In this document: positions 10,795 to 20,484 of the stretch, piece by piece | Position numbering within the stretch: position 1 is the stretch's first letter | Layout of the letters: each line of letters starts with the position of its first letter | Origin: Burkholderiales bacterium | Lineage (GTDB): Bacteria > Pseudomonadota > Gammaproteobacteria > Burkholderiales > Burkholderiaceae_C | DNA: 64,000 nt | Assembly: GCA_038316145.1 (NCBI GenBank) | Contig: JBBQAH010000001.1 | Location: 10,322 to 74,321 of the forward strand | Direction of reading: 5' to 3' | Notes under the pieces: generated by a model | Told to the model about the DNA's origin: nothing | Seen by the model: the letters and a program-made list of their open reading frames with translations, nothing else | Databases searched by the model: none | Program-made: the position numbers and the translations under genes

Positions 10795-11879
10795 ATGGCC
10801 ATCGAGGACATTTCTGAACTGAAGCCGTCGCGGTGTCGATTTCTTTTGACAACTGCGGCTGGCGCTACTTTGCCCGTCGTCGCCCTGGGCTCGGCCTGCA
10901 CTTCGACAGGTGATCGTCGTACCGACACGGGCGTGCTGCCGGCCCCGGTCGCCAGGCTTTTGGATGGCGCCGGCGCAACCGGGCACCGGGCTCGATGCGC
11001 GAGGGCGATTGGCTGATCGGCCGGGGCTGCGCCACCGCAACCTACCCGACGCAGGTCTCACCCGCGGCGGCGCGGGTGCGCCTGGCTGCCGACAGCACGG
11101 CGCGGGTGGAGATTGCGGTGCACGATGTGGGCACAGGTGCCTACACGGTGGTGGGGCAAATGGCGGCCGAGTGCTTGGCGCTGACGCCCGACCCGGTGAC
11201 GGTGGTCATCGGCGACAGCAGCCCGCCCCCCGACCCGGTGTCGGGCGGGTGGTGCACGACGGCCAGCGCCTGTTCGGCAATCAAGCTGGCTTGTGACCAG
11301 GTCCTGGCGCGTTTGCAGCGGCCTGCGGGTGCTACCGCGCCACAGCGCACGGCGGCCTTCGCCAGGCTGCAAGTGGGCGTGATCGAGGAAACCGGCAACT
11401 GTGTGCCGCCGTCCAGCCGCAGCAAGACCACCGCGGGCCTGTAGAAAGGCAGCGCCGACATCACCGGCGGACTGAACGCCGGGAACGACAGCAAGACCCT
11501 GTTCGCCTTCGGCGCCGAGTTCGTCGAGGTGCGGATCCAGGCGGCATGATCCGGGGGCATCGGCTCGGCACTGCACGAGGCGACCGAGATCGACCGGCGT
11601 GAGGCGCGCTACACCAACGACAACCCGGCCGACTACCAGATTCCCGGCAACGCCGACATCGGCCAAGTCGATGTGATCCTGATGCCCGAGATCGATAGCG
11701 GGGCCAACCCTGCCGGCGTCAAAGGCACCGGCGAGCTGGGCAACGTCGGCACCGCGGCAGCGGTGGCCAATGCGGTGTTCCACGCCACCGGCAAGCGCAT
11801 CCGCGAGTTGCCGATCACGATCGACAAGCTGATCCAGGCCAGAAGGCGGTGGAATCTGGGAAGCCCGGCACATTCATGA
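10795..11879 (+). pseudogene. Collapsed PaoABC/YagTSR-like molybdo-aldehyde oxidoreductase operon (xanthine dehydrogenase family)
   Basis: RBS AAGGAG and a Tat-like SRCRFLL leader, joined to the Moco-subunit C-terminus (FGWRRRN..SMREGDWLIG, GTGAYT, GVKGTGELG..AAAVANAVFHATGKRIRELPIT). In-frame TAG at 11442 plus frameshifts and deletions. Confidence 0.85.
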
Positions 11880-12050
11880 AAGCCCGAGCGGATGAAAAAC
11901 GTCTCGATGGGTTGCCAGTGCCGCCGGCGGCAGTCCGAAAAAGTTCGCTGAGCCTTCACGCCTGCAGCCCAACCTGGGTTGCGCTGAAGATGCGGCCGGC
12001 GCAGACACGCGATGATGGGCATCGTCATCATCTTTGCGGGGAGTCCCGAA

Positions 12051-12296
12051 TTGGACGCGTTCATAGGTATTTTGCAGTGGCCCGCAATGGTTGTGACGGT
12101 CGTTGCGTCCTGGCTGGTAGCCTCCGGCGACGTCAAGCGGCGCAATCTGGGGTTCTGGTTGTTTTTGGCCAGCAATGCGCTGTGGATGGTCTGGGGCTGG
12201 TCGGCCCAGGCCTGGGCCCTCGTGCTGCTGCAGGTGGCGCTGGCGGCGATGAATATCCGCGGTGCGCACAAGACAGACAAGGCCGAAAGCGGCTAG
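12051..12296 (+). CDS. Small conserved membrane protein
   Basis: LQWPAMVVTVVASWLVAS..RRNLGFWLFLASNALWMVWG..LQVALAAMNIRG. TTG start after GGGAG; alternative start 12012. Confidence 0.75.
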   Translation: MDAFIGILQWPAMVVTVVASWLVASGDVKRRNLGFWLFLASNALWMVWGWSAQAWALVLLQVALAAMNIRGAHKTDKAESG

Positions 12297-12371
12297 CCGG
12301 GGATGCAAAGCACATCCCGATGCTTGCCTTCGTTACCGCAGTCGAGACTGGCACAATCGGCTGAGGCATTG

Positions 12372-14789
12372 ATGGCAGTTCAGGGAGATCGACCTGTGCA
12401 AACCACGGACAAGGCGCCTCAGCATGCCTACGAGCGCGCCATGCAAAAAGTGCTCGAGCGGGGGTCATCGATGCTCGCCTACTGGGACAGCGACCAGCGC
12501 TGCTGCTTCGCCAGCAAAGCCTACGCGCGCTGGTTCGGCGTCGACCCGCAAGGGCTGATCGGGGCTTCAATCAAGGATGTGCTCGGGCCGACACTGTTTG
12601 CACTCGACGAGCTGCAAATTCTTGCTGCACTGCGCGGAGAGGAGCAAATCTCCCAGCGCACCATCCTGTGCCCGGACGGCGTGCAGCGCCAGAGCCTTGC
12701 CCACTACCTGCCCGACATCGTGGACGGCGACGTCCTGGGATTCGTGGCCCAGGTCACCGACGTCACGTCTCTGAAGGAAGCGGAGACTGCATTGCACGCC
12801 GAGGCGGTGGACCCCGGGCGACCCGGTGATAGGTTGCGCAAGAGTGAGGCGACCCTCAGGCAAGCACAACGTCTGGTGCGTATCGGTAGCTGGCATTGGG
12901 AGGCCAGCCCCGACATCTCGACGTGGTCCGAAGAACTCTACCGAATCTTCGGTCGCGACCCGGCGCGGCTGCCGCCCGCTTATGCGGAGCATGGTCAGCT
13001 CTACACCGCGCAGAGCTGGCCGGTCCTGCAGGCCGCCGTCGCCCAAACGCTCGTACACGGCGACCCCTTCATCCTGGCGTGGCACACGCTGGCCTCCGGT
13101 GAACGCTACGTATCTCCGCGTTTCTCCCACCAGCGTTTGGACCTCGCCGCGGAACAGGCTTTTGACTGGGAAACACAACGCGTGTTGCTGCCGGACGGGC
13201 GGTACGGGGTGGTCTGCTACTTCCACGAGATCACGGCGCGCCAGCAGGCCGAGCGAGCATTGCGTGAGAGCGAAGAGCACTTGCGGCTGGCCACCGCGAC
13301 GACCGGCGTCGGCATCTGGGAGTGGGATGCCGCCGGCGGTCAGATCCGCTGGGATGCGCAAATGTTTCGCATCTTTGGCATAGAACCGACGTTCGATGGA
13401 GGTGTCCCTGCTGAGACATGGGTCGACTGCGTGGTGATGGAGGACCGGGCCCGGCTGGATGAATCGCTGCAGGGCACCGTGCGCAAGCTTGGCGCGGCCA
13501 GCCGCGAGTTCCGCATCCGGCGCTTGAACGACGGGCAACTCCGCACCATCGAATCGGTCGAAACCGTGCGTGCCGACGCTCAAGGGAAGGTTCAGTGGGT
13601 GGTGGGAACAAATCTCGACGTGACCGCGCAGCGGCAGATGGAGGCTGAACTGAACCTGTCCGCGCGCCGCAAGGACGAGTTTCTGGCGACGCTGGCACAT
13701 GAGCTGCGCAACCCGCTGGCGCCGGTCAAAAACTCGCTGGCTTTGATGAAGCGGGCCAACGGAGACGCTGGCTTGCTCGAGCAGGCCCGCGCGACGATGG
13801 AGCGGCAGGTGGCGCAGATGGTGCGCCTGATCGACGATCTGGTCGACGTCAGCCGAATCACCCTTGACAAGCTGACGCTGACGCTGGAACGCATTGATCT
13901 GGCGTCGGTCGTTCACCTCGCCGTCGAGACCTGCCAGCCGCACTGCGAGCGAGAAGGTCAGGCGTTGCGTGTCGTGCTGCCACCCCAGCCCGTCCATCTG
14001 CATGCCGATCAGGCGCGCCTGGCCCAGGTGTTGGGCAATCTGCTGAACAACGCGTCCAAGTACACCCCGGCGGGCGGCTGCATCGAGCTGATCGCCGAAA
14101 CGCACGGCGATGCGGTCGTGGTGACAGTCCGGGACACCGGCATCGGCATCCCGGCCGACATGCAGTCCCGGGTATTCGATCTGTTTACCCAGATCGACGC
14201 GTCGCGCAATCTGTCCAAAGGCGGGCTGGGCATCGGTCTGGCGCTTGCCAAGCGGCTGACTGAACTGCACGGCGGCAGCATTGCGGTTCGCAGTGAAGGC
14301 CGGGACCGGGGCAGTGAGTTTGTGGTGAACCTGCCCCTCGCGGATGAAGACCGTGGTCTTGCACCGCCTGAGGTCGCAGCAGACACGATGTCAGCCCCGC
14401 CAGCCCGCCGTATCCTGGTGGTCGACGACAACCTGGACAGCGCCGAGAGCCTGGCGGCTCTGCTGGGCCTGGATGGCCACGAGACGCGGATGGCGCACGA
14501 CGGATTGCAGGCGGTCGAAATGGCGGCGACGTTCCGACCCGATGTCATCTTGCTCGACATCGGCTTGCCCAGCTTGGACGGCTATGAAGCTTGCCGCCGC
14601 ATCCGTGCTCAAACGTGGAGCGAGCACATCGTGATCATTGCCATGACGGGTTGGGGACAGGCCGACGATCGCCGCAAGTCCAGTGAGGCCGGCTTCGACA
14701 TCCACTGCGTGAAGCCTGTCGATCACGCGGTGCTTGCACAGCTTCTGACCTGCTCGCGCGCGCGGATCGCCTCAGCGCGGTTCAGTTGA
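12372..14789 (+). CDS. Hybrid sensor histidine kinase with multiple PAS domains, HisKA-HATPase-REC
   Basis: PAS repeats; KDEFLATLAHELRNPLAP; NLLNNASKY; GGLGIGL; REC LLDIGLP..VKP. Start is 12303 or 12372. Confidence 0.93.
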   Translation: MAVQGDRPVQTTDKAPQHAYERAMQKVLERGSSMLAYWDSDQRCCFASKAYARWFGVDPQGLIGASIKDVLGPTLFALDELQILAALRGEEQISQRTILCPDGVQRQSLAHYLPDIVDGDVLGFVAQVTDVTSLKEAETALHAEAVDPGRPGDRLRKSEATLRQAQRLVRIGSWHWEASPDISTWSEELYRIFGRDPARLPPAYAEHGQLYTAQSWPVLQAAVAQTLVHGDPFILAWHTLASGERYVSPRFSHQRLDLAAEQAFDWETQRVLLPDGRYGVVCYFHEITARQQAERALRESEEHLRLATATTGVGIWEWDAAGGQIRWDAQMFRIFGIEPTFDGGVPAETWVDCVVMEDRARLDESLQGTVRKLGAASREFRIRRLNDGQLRTIESVETVRADAQGKVQWVVGTNLDVTAQRQMEAELNLSARRKDEFLATLAHELRNPLAPVKNSLALMKRANGDAGLLEQARATMERQVAQMVRLIDDLVDVSRITLDKLTLTLERIDLASVVHLAVETCQPHCEREGQALRVVLPPQPVHLHADQARLAQVLGNLLNNASKYTPAGGCIELIAETHGDAVVVTVRDTGIGIPADMQSRVFDLFTQIDASRNLSKGGLGIGLALAKRLTELHGGSIAVRSEGRDRGSEFVVNLPLADEDRGLAPPEVAADTMSAPPARRILVVDDNLDSAESLAALLGLDGHETRMAHDGLQAVEMAATFRPDVILLDIGLPSLDGYEACRRIRAQTWSEHIVIIAMTGWGQADDRRKSSEAGFDIHCVKPVDHAVLAQLLTCSRARIASARFS

Positions 14790-15147
14790 GCGAGGGCAGG
14801 GCGATCTGAAGCGTGGCGATGCTGATGGGCTTTTGAAGGTAGTAATCCACCCGGGCGAATGTTTCGACCACCTGCGTATCGTCGTCAGGCGCGCCGGTGA
14901 TCGCGATCAACACCATGTGGTTGCCGTAGCGCGCGCGCAATCGCTTCGAGAGTTCAGCGCCATCGATCCCGGGCATCTTGATGTCGAAGAGAACGCACAG
15001 CGGTTGAAATGCTTCAATCAGCGCCCAGGCCTGGGCGCCATCGTGGGCTGTCTTCACACAATACCCATTGAGCGTCAGCAGCTGTGCCAGCGACTCGGCA
15101 CCGTCAACATGGTCATCGACCACCACCACCCGAACGTCATCTGACAT
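14782..15147 (-). CDS. Single-domain response regulator
   Basis: RBS GGAGG; VVVVDDH..LFDIKMPG..AITG..LQKP. Overlaps the convergent kinase by 8 nt. Confidence 0.9.
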   Translation of the reverse strand: MSDDVRVVVVDDHVDGAESLAQLLTLNGYCVKTAHDGAQAWALIEAFQPLCVLFDIKMPGIDGAELSKRLRARYGNHMVLIAITGAPDDDTQVVETFARVDYYLQKPISIATLQIALPSLN

Positions 15148-15193
15148 ACGACCTCCAACCGAAGCCAAGGGCTTTCGCTTGAAAACCGGATTT

Positions 15194-16651
15194 TCAGACT
15201 ATCTCGATACGCCGCCGCCTCCCGGCCTGGATCTCGAGGGCGCAAACAGCTCCAGCGGCATAAGCGCCGCCTTCGCCCCAAGTGGCGCGCGCGGGCGGGT
15301 CGCTTCGTCCGCCCGTCGGCTGCAGCGTGGCCTCGATGCATGTGCCTTGACCGGGCGTGGACAGTACGCGCATGGTGCCGCCTGCTGATTCGACGCGGTA
15401 GCGCATGCCCAGCAGGCCATGGTGACCCACCGGGACGCGCTGGGGATCGAAACCATGCCCATCGTCTTCGACCCGCACTTGAATGACGCCTTCATGTTGC
15501 CGGACCGTGACGCGAACCTGTTGTGCGGCCGCGTACTTGGCGATGTTGGTCAGCGACTCTTGCACCAGCCGGTAGACGGTGAGCTCGCCTTCGGGCGTGA
15601 GACCGGAGGGCGTGCCATGGGCCGCAAGGGCCAGGTCTTCGTGCACCGGGATGCCCATCGACTGCGACGCGTCGCGGCACAGCAGACCCAGGCTGGAGAT
15701 CAGGCCAAAATGTTCCAGCGCCGACGGTCGCAGGTTTTCGATCACCCGGCGCTTGAACGCGATGCCGTCGTTCAGGCGGTCTTCGACCGCACGCAGCCCG
15801 GTCAGCAAAATTTCGCTGCCCTGGCTCTGTCGGCGAAGCCGGATGATCTGCAGCTTCATCGCGGTGAACAGCCCCCCCAGCTCGTCGTGCAGGTCACGCG
15901 CCAGGCGGCCCCGCTCGTCTTCGCGCGCCGTCACCAGATGGCCGGCCAGCTGGCGCAACTCGAGCGTGCGTTCATCGACCTGGCCGGACAGTTGCTCCTG
16001 TGCATGCTGGCGCAGCTTGTCCGCGGCATGCAGATGGCGGGTGTGGATGAAAATGCCACAAACCGTCAGCAGCGTGAGCAGGTGAACCGTCCAGCGTGAC
16101 AACGACATTGCGCCATACAGCGAGTCGCGCGCGCCCTGCTGCAGCGTGGCTGCCCGGTCGAGAAGCTCGGTAAAAGCCTGGCGCAGCGCGGCAGTGGCTT
16201 GGTGGCGGGCGTCTGCAGTGGAGGCGGCCAGCGCCAAAGTCCGCTCGCGCTCCGTCAGCTCGACGACGACCGCCAAGGCCGCAAGCCGGTCGTCCAGCAA
16301 CCGCTGCAGCCGCGCCACGGCCAACTCCTGGTCGGGGTTGACGCTGCGCATCAATGCGAAAGCTCGGTCCCGCACTGCCGGCAGTTGCACCAGAGCCTGT
16401 CGGTAAGGCGCCAGCTGAAGGCGATCACCGGTCAGGACATGGCCGCGCACGGCCATCTCGGCGTCGGTCAGCCACTGCAGGGTCTGGGCGGCCTGAATGC
16501 GCGCATCGGTCAGCGCGATACCGCTCGCCAGACGCTCGTGCGAGTGCTGGTATGCGCCCTCGTTCATGAGCATCAGCAACATTGCCCCGCCGATGGCGGT
16601 GACAAAGCCGTACCGGGTATGCAGGAACCTTTCGAGCAATCGGCTGTTCAT
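15194..16651 (-). CDS. CHASE3 sensor kinase of HisKA_3 (NarX/UhpB) type
   Basis: EDERGRLARDLHDELG; LRPSAL; YRLVQESLTNIAKYA; DDGHGF; GLLGMRYR. Confidence 0.92.
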   Translation of the reverse strand: MNSRLLERFLHTRYGFVTAIGGAMLLMLMNEGAYQHSHERLASGIALTDARIQAAQTLQWLTDAEMAVRGHVLTGDRLQLAPYRQALVQLPAVRDRAFALMRSVNPDQELAVARLQRLLDDRLAALAVVVELTERERTLALAASTADARHQATAALRQAFTELLDRAATLQQGARDSLYGAMSLSRWTVHLLTLLTVCGIFIHTRHLHAADKLRQHAQEQLSGQVDERTLELRQLAGHLVTAREDERGRLARDLHDELGGLFTAMKLQIIRLRRQSQGSEILLTGLRAVEDRLNDGIAFKRRVIENLRPSALEHFGLISSLGLLCRDASQSMGIPVHEDLALAAHGTPSGLTPEGELTVYRLVQESLTNIAKYAAAQQVRVTVRQHEGVIQVRVEDDGHGFDPQRVPVGHHGLLGMRYRVESAGGTMRVLSTPGQGTCIEATLQPTGGRSDPPARATWGEGGAYAAGAVCALEIQAGRRRRIEIV

Positions 16652-17196
16652 GCCGATCACCCGGCAATCGGCGTGCCAGTTGTGCGTCTCACCACCGAGC
16701 TGCCTCGCACCCTCAGCGTGTCTGACTTGCTTGGGCGCTGGGGCGCGCAGCACCGGCAGATTGATCGACACGGCCACCGCGGACAGCGCGTGTCTCGATC
16801 AGCGCCAAGGCCAGGCCAGCAGGCCTGCATCGACGCCGACGGCCAGGAGGCAGTCGTCTGCTGGCGACAGCGGCAGCCCAGGCAGTGGCTTTTCGATCAT
16901 GGTCAGCGCCGACAGCACGGCGTAGAACAGCAGGGCCCAGGTGCTCAGCATCGCCCTGGGAAGGGTGCCACACGCGGGGGGTGCCCGGCACCAGCGCCGC
17001 CGCCGGTACTGCGGTGAGCACCGACCCGCCACGTGAAAAGCTGGCGGGTTGCGCCGCTGATCAGGTCGTCGTTCAAGCAGCGCACGCCTTTTTCACTGTC
17101 GTTGACGGTCTCGGTCAGGGTGTTCAGCGGTCCGATGCTCTGTCGATATCCAGGGTGTTGACCTTCAGTGTCGGCCACCTCGGGAGGTCGATGCGG

Positions 17197-19509
17197 TCAG
17201 GCGCTGCCGCCAGCCGCGGTGCTGATCGCGTCATTCAGCGCCAGCAACAGTTCATCCTCGGTACAGGGCTTGGTCAGCACCTTGAACCCGTCGCCGCTGC
17301 CGGTCACAGACTGCCTGTAGGCCGTGATCAGGACCACTGGCAGCTGGGGACGCAGCGCACGCAGCCGACGGGCCAGCGCCAGGCCGTCCATCGCGCCGGG
17401 CATCATCACGTCGGAAAGCACGACGTCGAAGGTCGCCCCGGCCTCGATCAGCCCCAGCGCCTGCGTCGAGTCATCGGCCCGCTGCACGCGCGCGCCGTGC
17501 GCCGCCAGCAGCGCGGCGGTGATGTCGCCCAACGCTTGGTTGTCTTCGACCAACAGCAGGTGTGCGCCGGTGATGTGGCGCTCGGTCCGCGGCTGGGCCT
17601 CAGCGACTCGCGGCTCTGGGGCATCAGTGATTGGCTGCGTTTGCTCACGGGACAGCGCCAATGCCAGGTCCAGCGGCTCATCGGCTGCGGGCAACATCAG
17701 CAGCACGGTGGTGCCCAGTCCGGGCGTGCTGTGCAGCCGCGCAGTGCCGCCGGCCTGGGTGCAGAAGCCGTGCACCTGGCTCAGCCCAAGGCCACTGCCA
17801 TGGACCGAGCCTTTGGTTGTGAAGAACGGCTCGAAGGCATGCGCGGCAAGCTCGGGCTCGATGCCCATGCCGTCGTCGCCGACGCTGATGAGCACGTAGC
17901 GACCTGGCGCCAGGCCTGGGCTGTCGGCCAGGTCTTGTGCATCGGCATTGCGCGTGCGCAGGCGCAGCTCGCCGCCGTCGGGCATGGCGTCGCGGGCGTT
18001 CAACGCCAGACTGATCAACGCCAGTTCCAGTTCGCTCGAATCGACGTGCACCGCGGCGGTGCCGGGTGCCACTTGCACCGCCACCGTCACGCGCCGCCCC
18101 AGCACGCTTTGCAACAACTCTTGTAGCTCGGGCAGGGCCTGCCCCAGCCCGATCTGCTGGGGCCGCAGCGGGCGTCGGCCGGCAAAGCGCAACAGGTGCT
18201 GGGTGAGCTGGCTGCCCATCTGGACCGCCCGTTGCGTGGCGGCCAGCGGCGCCTTCAGGTCGGCCGCGGCGGGGTGGCGCTGCATCAGGTGGGCGCTGTT
18301 GCTGATCACGCCGAGCAGGTTGTTGAAGTCGTGCGCCAACCCGGCGGTCAGCCGCCCCACCGCGGCAACGCGTTGGCCTTGGGCGGCTCGCTGCTCGGCC
18401 AGCCGGGTTTGCTCTACCGCGTCGGCCACGTCGCGCTCGAGGTCGGCGCGAGCATGGCGGATGGTCTCGCCAGCTGCCGCCAGCGCGGTTGTGACCTCGT
18501 CGCACTCGGCGAGGCCCGTGGCCCGGACTTGCACCGGCTCGCCGTTCTGCAGCTGGACGACGGCCTGCTTGAGGCTTTGCACCGGCCGCACGATGCGCCG
18601 CGCCAGCCACAGCGCCCCGGCCACGGCCATCGCCAACAGCAGCAGCGCGCCCAGGCCGACGCGCAGGACCGTGTCAGGCAGCCGGCCCGCAAAAACCTCA
18701 GTGGGCATGCCGAGCACATAAGTCCAACCCATCGGCGCACGGCTGAAGTAGACGGTGGTCGGCTGTCCGTCCAGCGACACAGACTGGAACAACGCCTCTG
18801 ATTTTTCTTGCAAGTTGCGGCGCAGGTCGGCGGTGGCCAATCGGCCTATGTAGTCCGCACCCCCGGGATACCGAGCGACAACCTTGCCCTGGCTGTCCAG
18901 CACCGCACCGACCGAACCCGGCCTCAACGTCTGGGCATCGACGATGCGCTGCATTTCCACCGGCAGCACGGTGATGACCAGTTCATAAAGCGTGCGGCCG
19001 TCGCGCAGCACCGGCTGCACAAGCAAGGCATGGGCAGGATTGGCCGGTTCGGCCTCGGGGTTCGTATCACCCGGTCGTGGCAGCCACAGGGGCTCGATGC
19101 GCGGCTCGTGCGTCAGGGTGCGCGGCGCCAACTTGCGGCCAGAGAAGGCGGGGCCGCGCGTGTCGAGCAGCACGCGGTCGGCGCTGCGCAGCTCGATCCA
19201 GCCGTTCAGACCTGCCAGCGCGCGCCGTGCCTGCTGCTCGAAATTGACCAGATGCTGGCCGTTGCCCAGCGCCGGCGCGTCGAGCCAACTCGACTGGGAC
19301 AAGACGCTGGCCATCGTTGCGCGGCGCAGCAGTTCGCTATCGATGACTTGCGAAACGGCCCTCGCGGTGTCGCGCAGCGTGCGTTCGTTTGCCTGACGTT
19401 CGGCGTCATACGTGGAGCTGATCAACCAGCCCACACCGAACATGCCCGGCAGCAGCACGGCCAGCACCAAAAACAGGACACGGGAGCGGATCGAGGGGAA
19501 CATCGACAT
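17197..19509 (-). CDS. Membrane hybrid histidine kinase (Cache-like/HAMP, CckA/NtrB-type HisKA, REC)
   Basis: Two TM helices; GRLTAGLAHDFNNLL; NARDAM; FEPFFTTK..GSGLGLS; REC LSDVMMPG..TKP. Confidence 0.93.
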   Translation of the reverse strand: MSMFPSIRSRVLFLVLAVLLPGMFGVGWLISSTYDAERQANERTLRDTARAVSQVIDSELLRRATMASVLSQSSWLDAPALGNGQHLVNFEQQARRALAGLNGWIELRSADRVLLDTRGPAFSGRKLAPRTLTHEPRIEPLWLPRPGDTNPEAEPANPAHALLVQPVLRDGRTLYELVITVLPVEMQRIVDAQTLRPGSVGAVLDSQGKVVARYPGGADYIGRLATADLRRNLQEKSEALFQSVSLDGQPTTVYFSRAPMGWTYVLGMPTEVFAGRLPDTVLRVGLGALLLLAMAVAGALWLARRIVRPVQSLKQAVVQLQNGEPVQVRATGLAECDEVTTALAAAGETIRHARADLERDVADAVEQTRLAEQRAAQGQRVAAVGRLTAGLAHDFNNLLGVISNSAHLMQRHPAAADLKAPLAATQRAVQMGSQLTQHLLRFAGRRPLRPQQIGLGQALPELQELLQSVLGRRVTVAVQVAPGTAAVHVDSSELELALISLALNARDAMPDGGELRLRTRNADAQDLADSPGLAPGRYVLISVGDDGMGIEPELAAHAFEPFFTTKGSVHGSGLGLSQVHGFCTQAGGTARLHSTPGLGTTVLLMLPAADEPLDLALALSREQTQPITDAPEPRVAEAQPRTERHITGAHLLLVEDNQALGDITAALLAAHGARVQRADDSTQALGLIEAGATFDVVLSDVMMPGAMDGLALARRLRALRPQLPVVLITAYRQSVTGSGDGFKVLTKPCTEDELLLALNDAISTAAGGSA

Positions 19510-19819
19510 GGCTTGATCAGGACCGGCGGCGGGCTGCGGTTGCCACTGCGTCAAACGCTTCGACCGGCTTTGCCGCTTCAATCCGCAGGGGTGCACGACC
19601 GAGATGCAACGATAGCCGAAGCAGTGGCTTCGTCGCGTCCCTCGACGGCGGGTCGCCAACCGCGGTCCAGGCCGTGGCGAAGGCCCGGGCGTGCTGGATG
19701 CGGGCGGCGTCAACCGCGCACGATAGGGTTAGGTGCATCGGGCAATTGTGGCGGTTGCGGTCTGCGTCCGCGCCTCAACCTGGATGGCACGCGCAGCAGC
19801 GAGCGCAGCGACGGCGACC

Positions 19820-20000
19820 GCGTGCGCTCTGCAAAGCGTGGATGCACAGGTAGACCGCCGCCGGCGCCGGCATGTCGGGCATGCAGTCGGCGCTGGGCAG
19901 CCCGGCCAGCAGCAGCAGACCGGCGATGGTCAGCGGCCCGATGTAGGGCATGAAGCCCAGCAAAGCGGCGACCAAACCCCACAAACCACTGTGGCGAGCA
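19820..20000 (-). pseudogene. AI-2E family transporter fragment
   Basis: LWGLVAALLGFMPYIGPL...AVYLCIHALQS is typical of AI-2E/PerM; the flanks are unrelated. Confidence 0.6.
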
Positions 20001-20385
20001 TGAACAAGGCGCTCGGTGCCCGGGCAACGCCGGCGGCACTGCGTGAAGCGTCCGCCGCCATGGGCTGAGCTTCCCGCAGCCAAAGGCCGAATACGCACAA
20101 GGATGGCGTTCAGGGCGGCAGTCTGGCGGGGCATGGACACTTCCGAAACTGGCGTGACGGGGTGGCTACCGTGGGCAATCGACGTGCCCGGATCAACTTC
20201 CGCGCTCGCCGAGACCGGTGTCTGCCTCGGTAATGTTTGCGGCAATTCAAGTACAGGCAAGCTCTTGTCGGTAAATCTGGTCGAGCGCCTGTCTGCCCTT
20301 TTCCTCGCGCCCGGCCCGCGCTGGCAAGCCGCGCTCCCAGGGCCGAAGGGCGAATCGCCTGCAAGCAGGGTGAATTGGCCCAGCG

Positions 20386-20401
20386 CGGCACGGGTGTTGC
20401 G
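20386..20401 (+). promoter_or_regulatory. Putative sigma-54 -24/-12 site upstream of rpoN
   Basis: CGGCACGGGTGTTGCG, a near-consensus GGCACG-N4-TTGC, ~85 nt before the ATG. Confidence 0.7.
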
Positions 20402-20484
20402 TTGTGGAGTGCACAAGCCGCCGGAGTTCTGGGCGGCCACTGGGCCAAAGAACCCCAACACACCCACGAACGAGGAGTTGCCGA

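Noticed and set aside
16690-17190. Short hydrophobic ORF pieces between two kinases
   Set aside because: Possibly a decayed membrane protein, but no family is recognisable and it is interrupted by stops.
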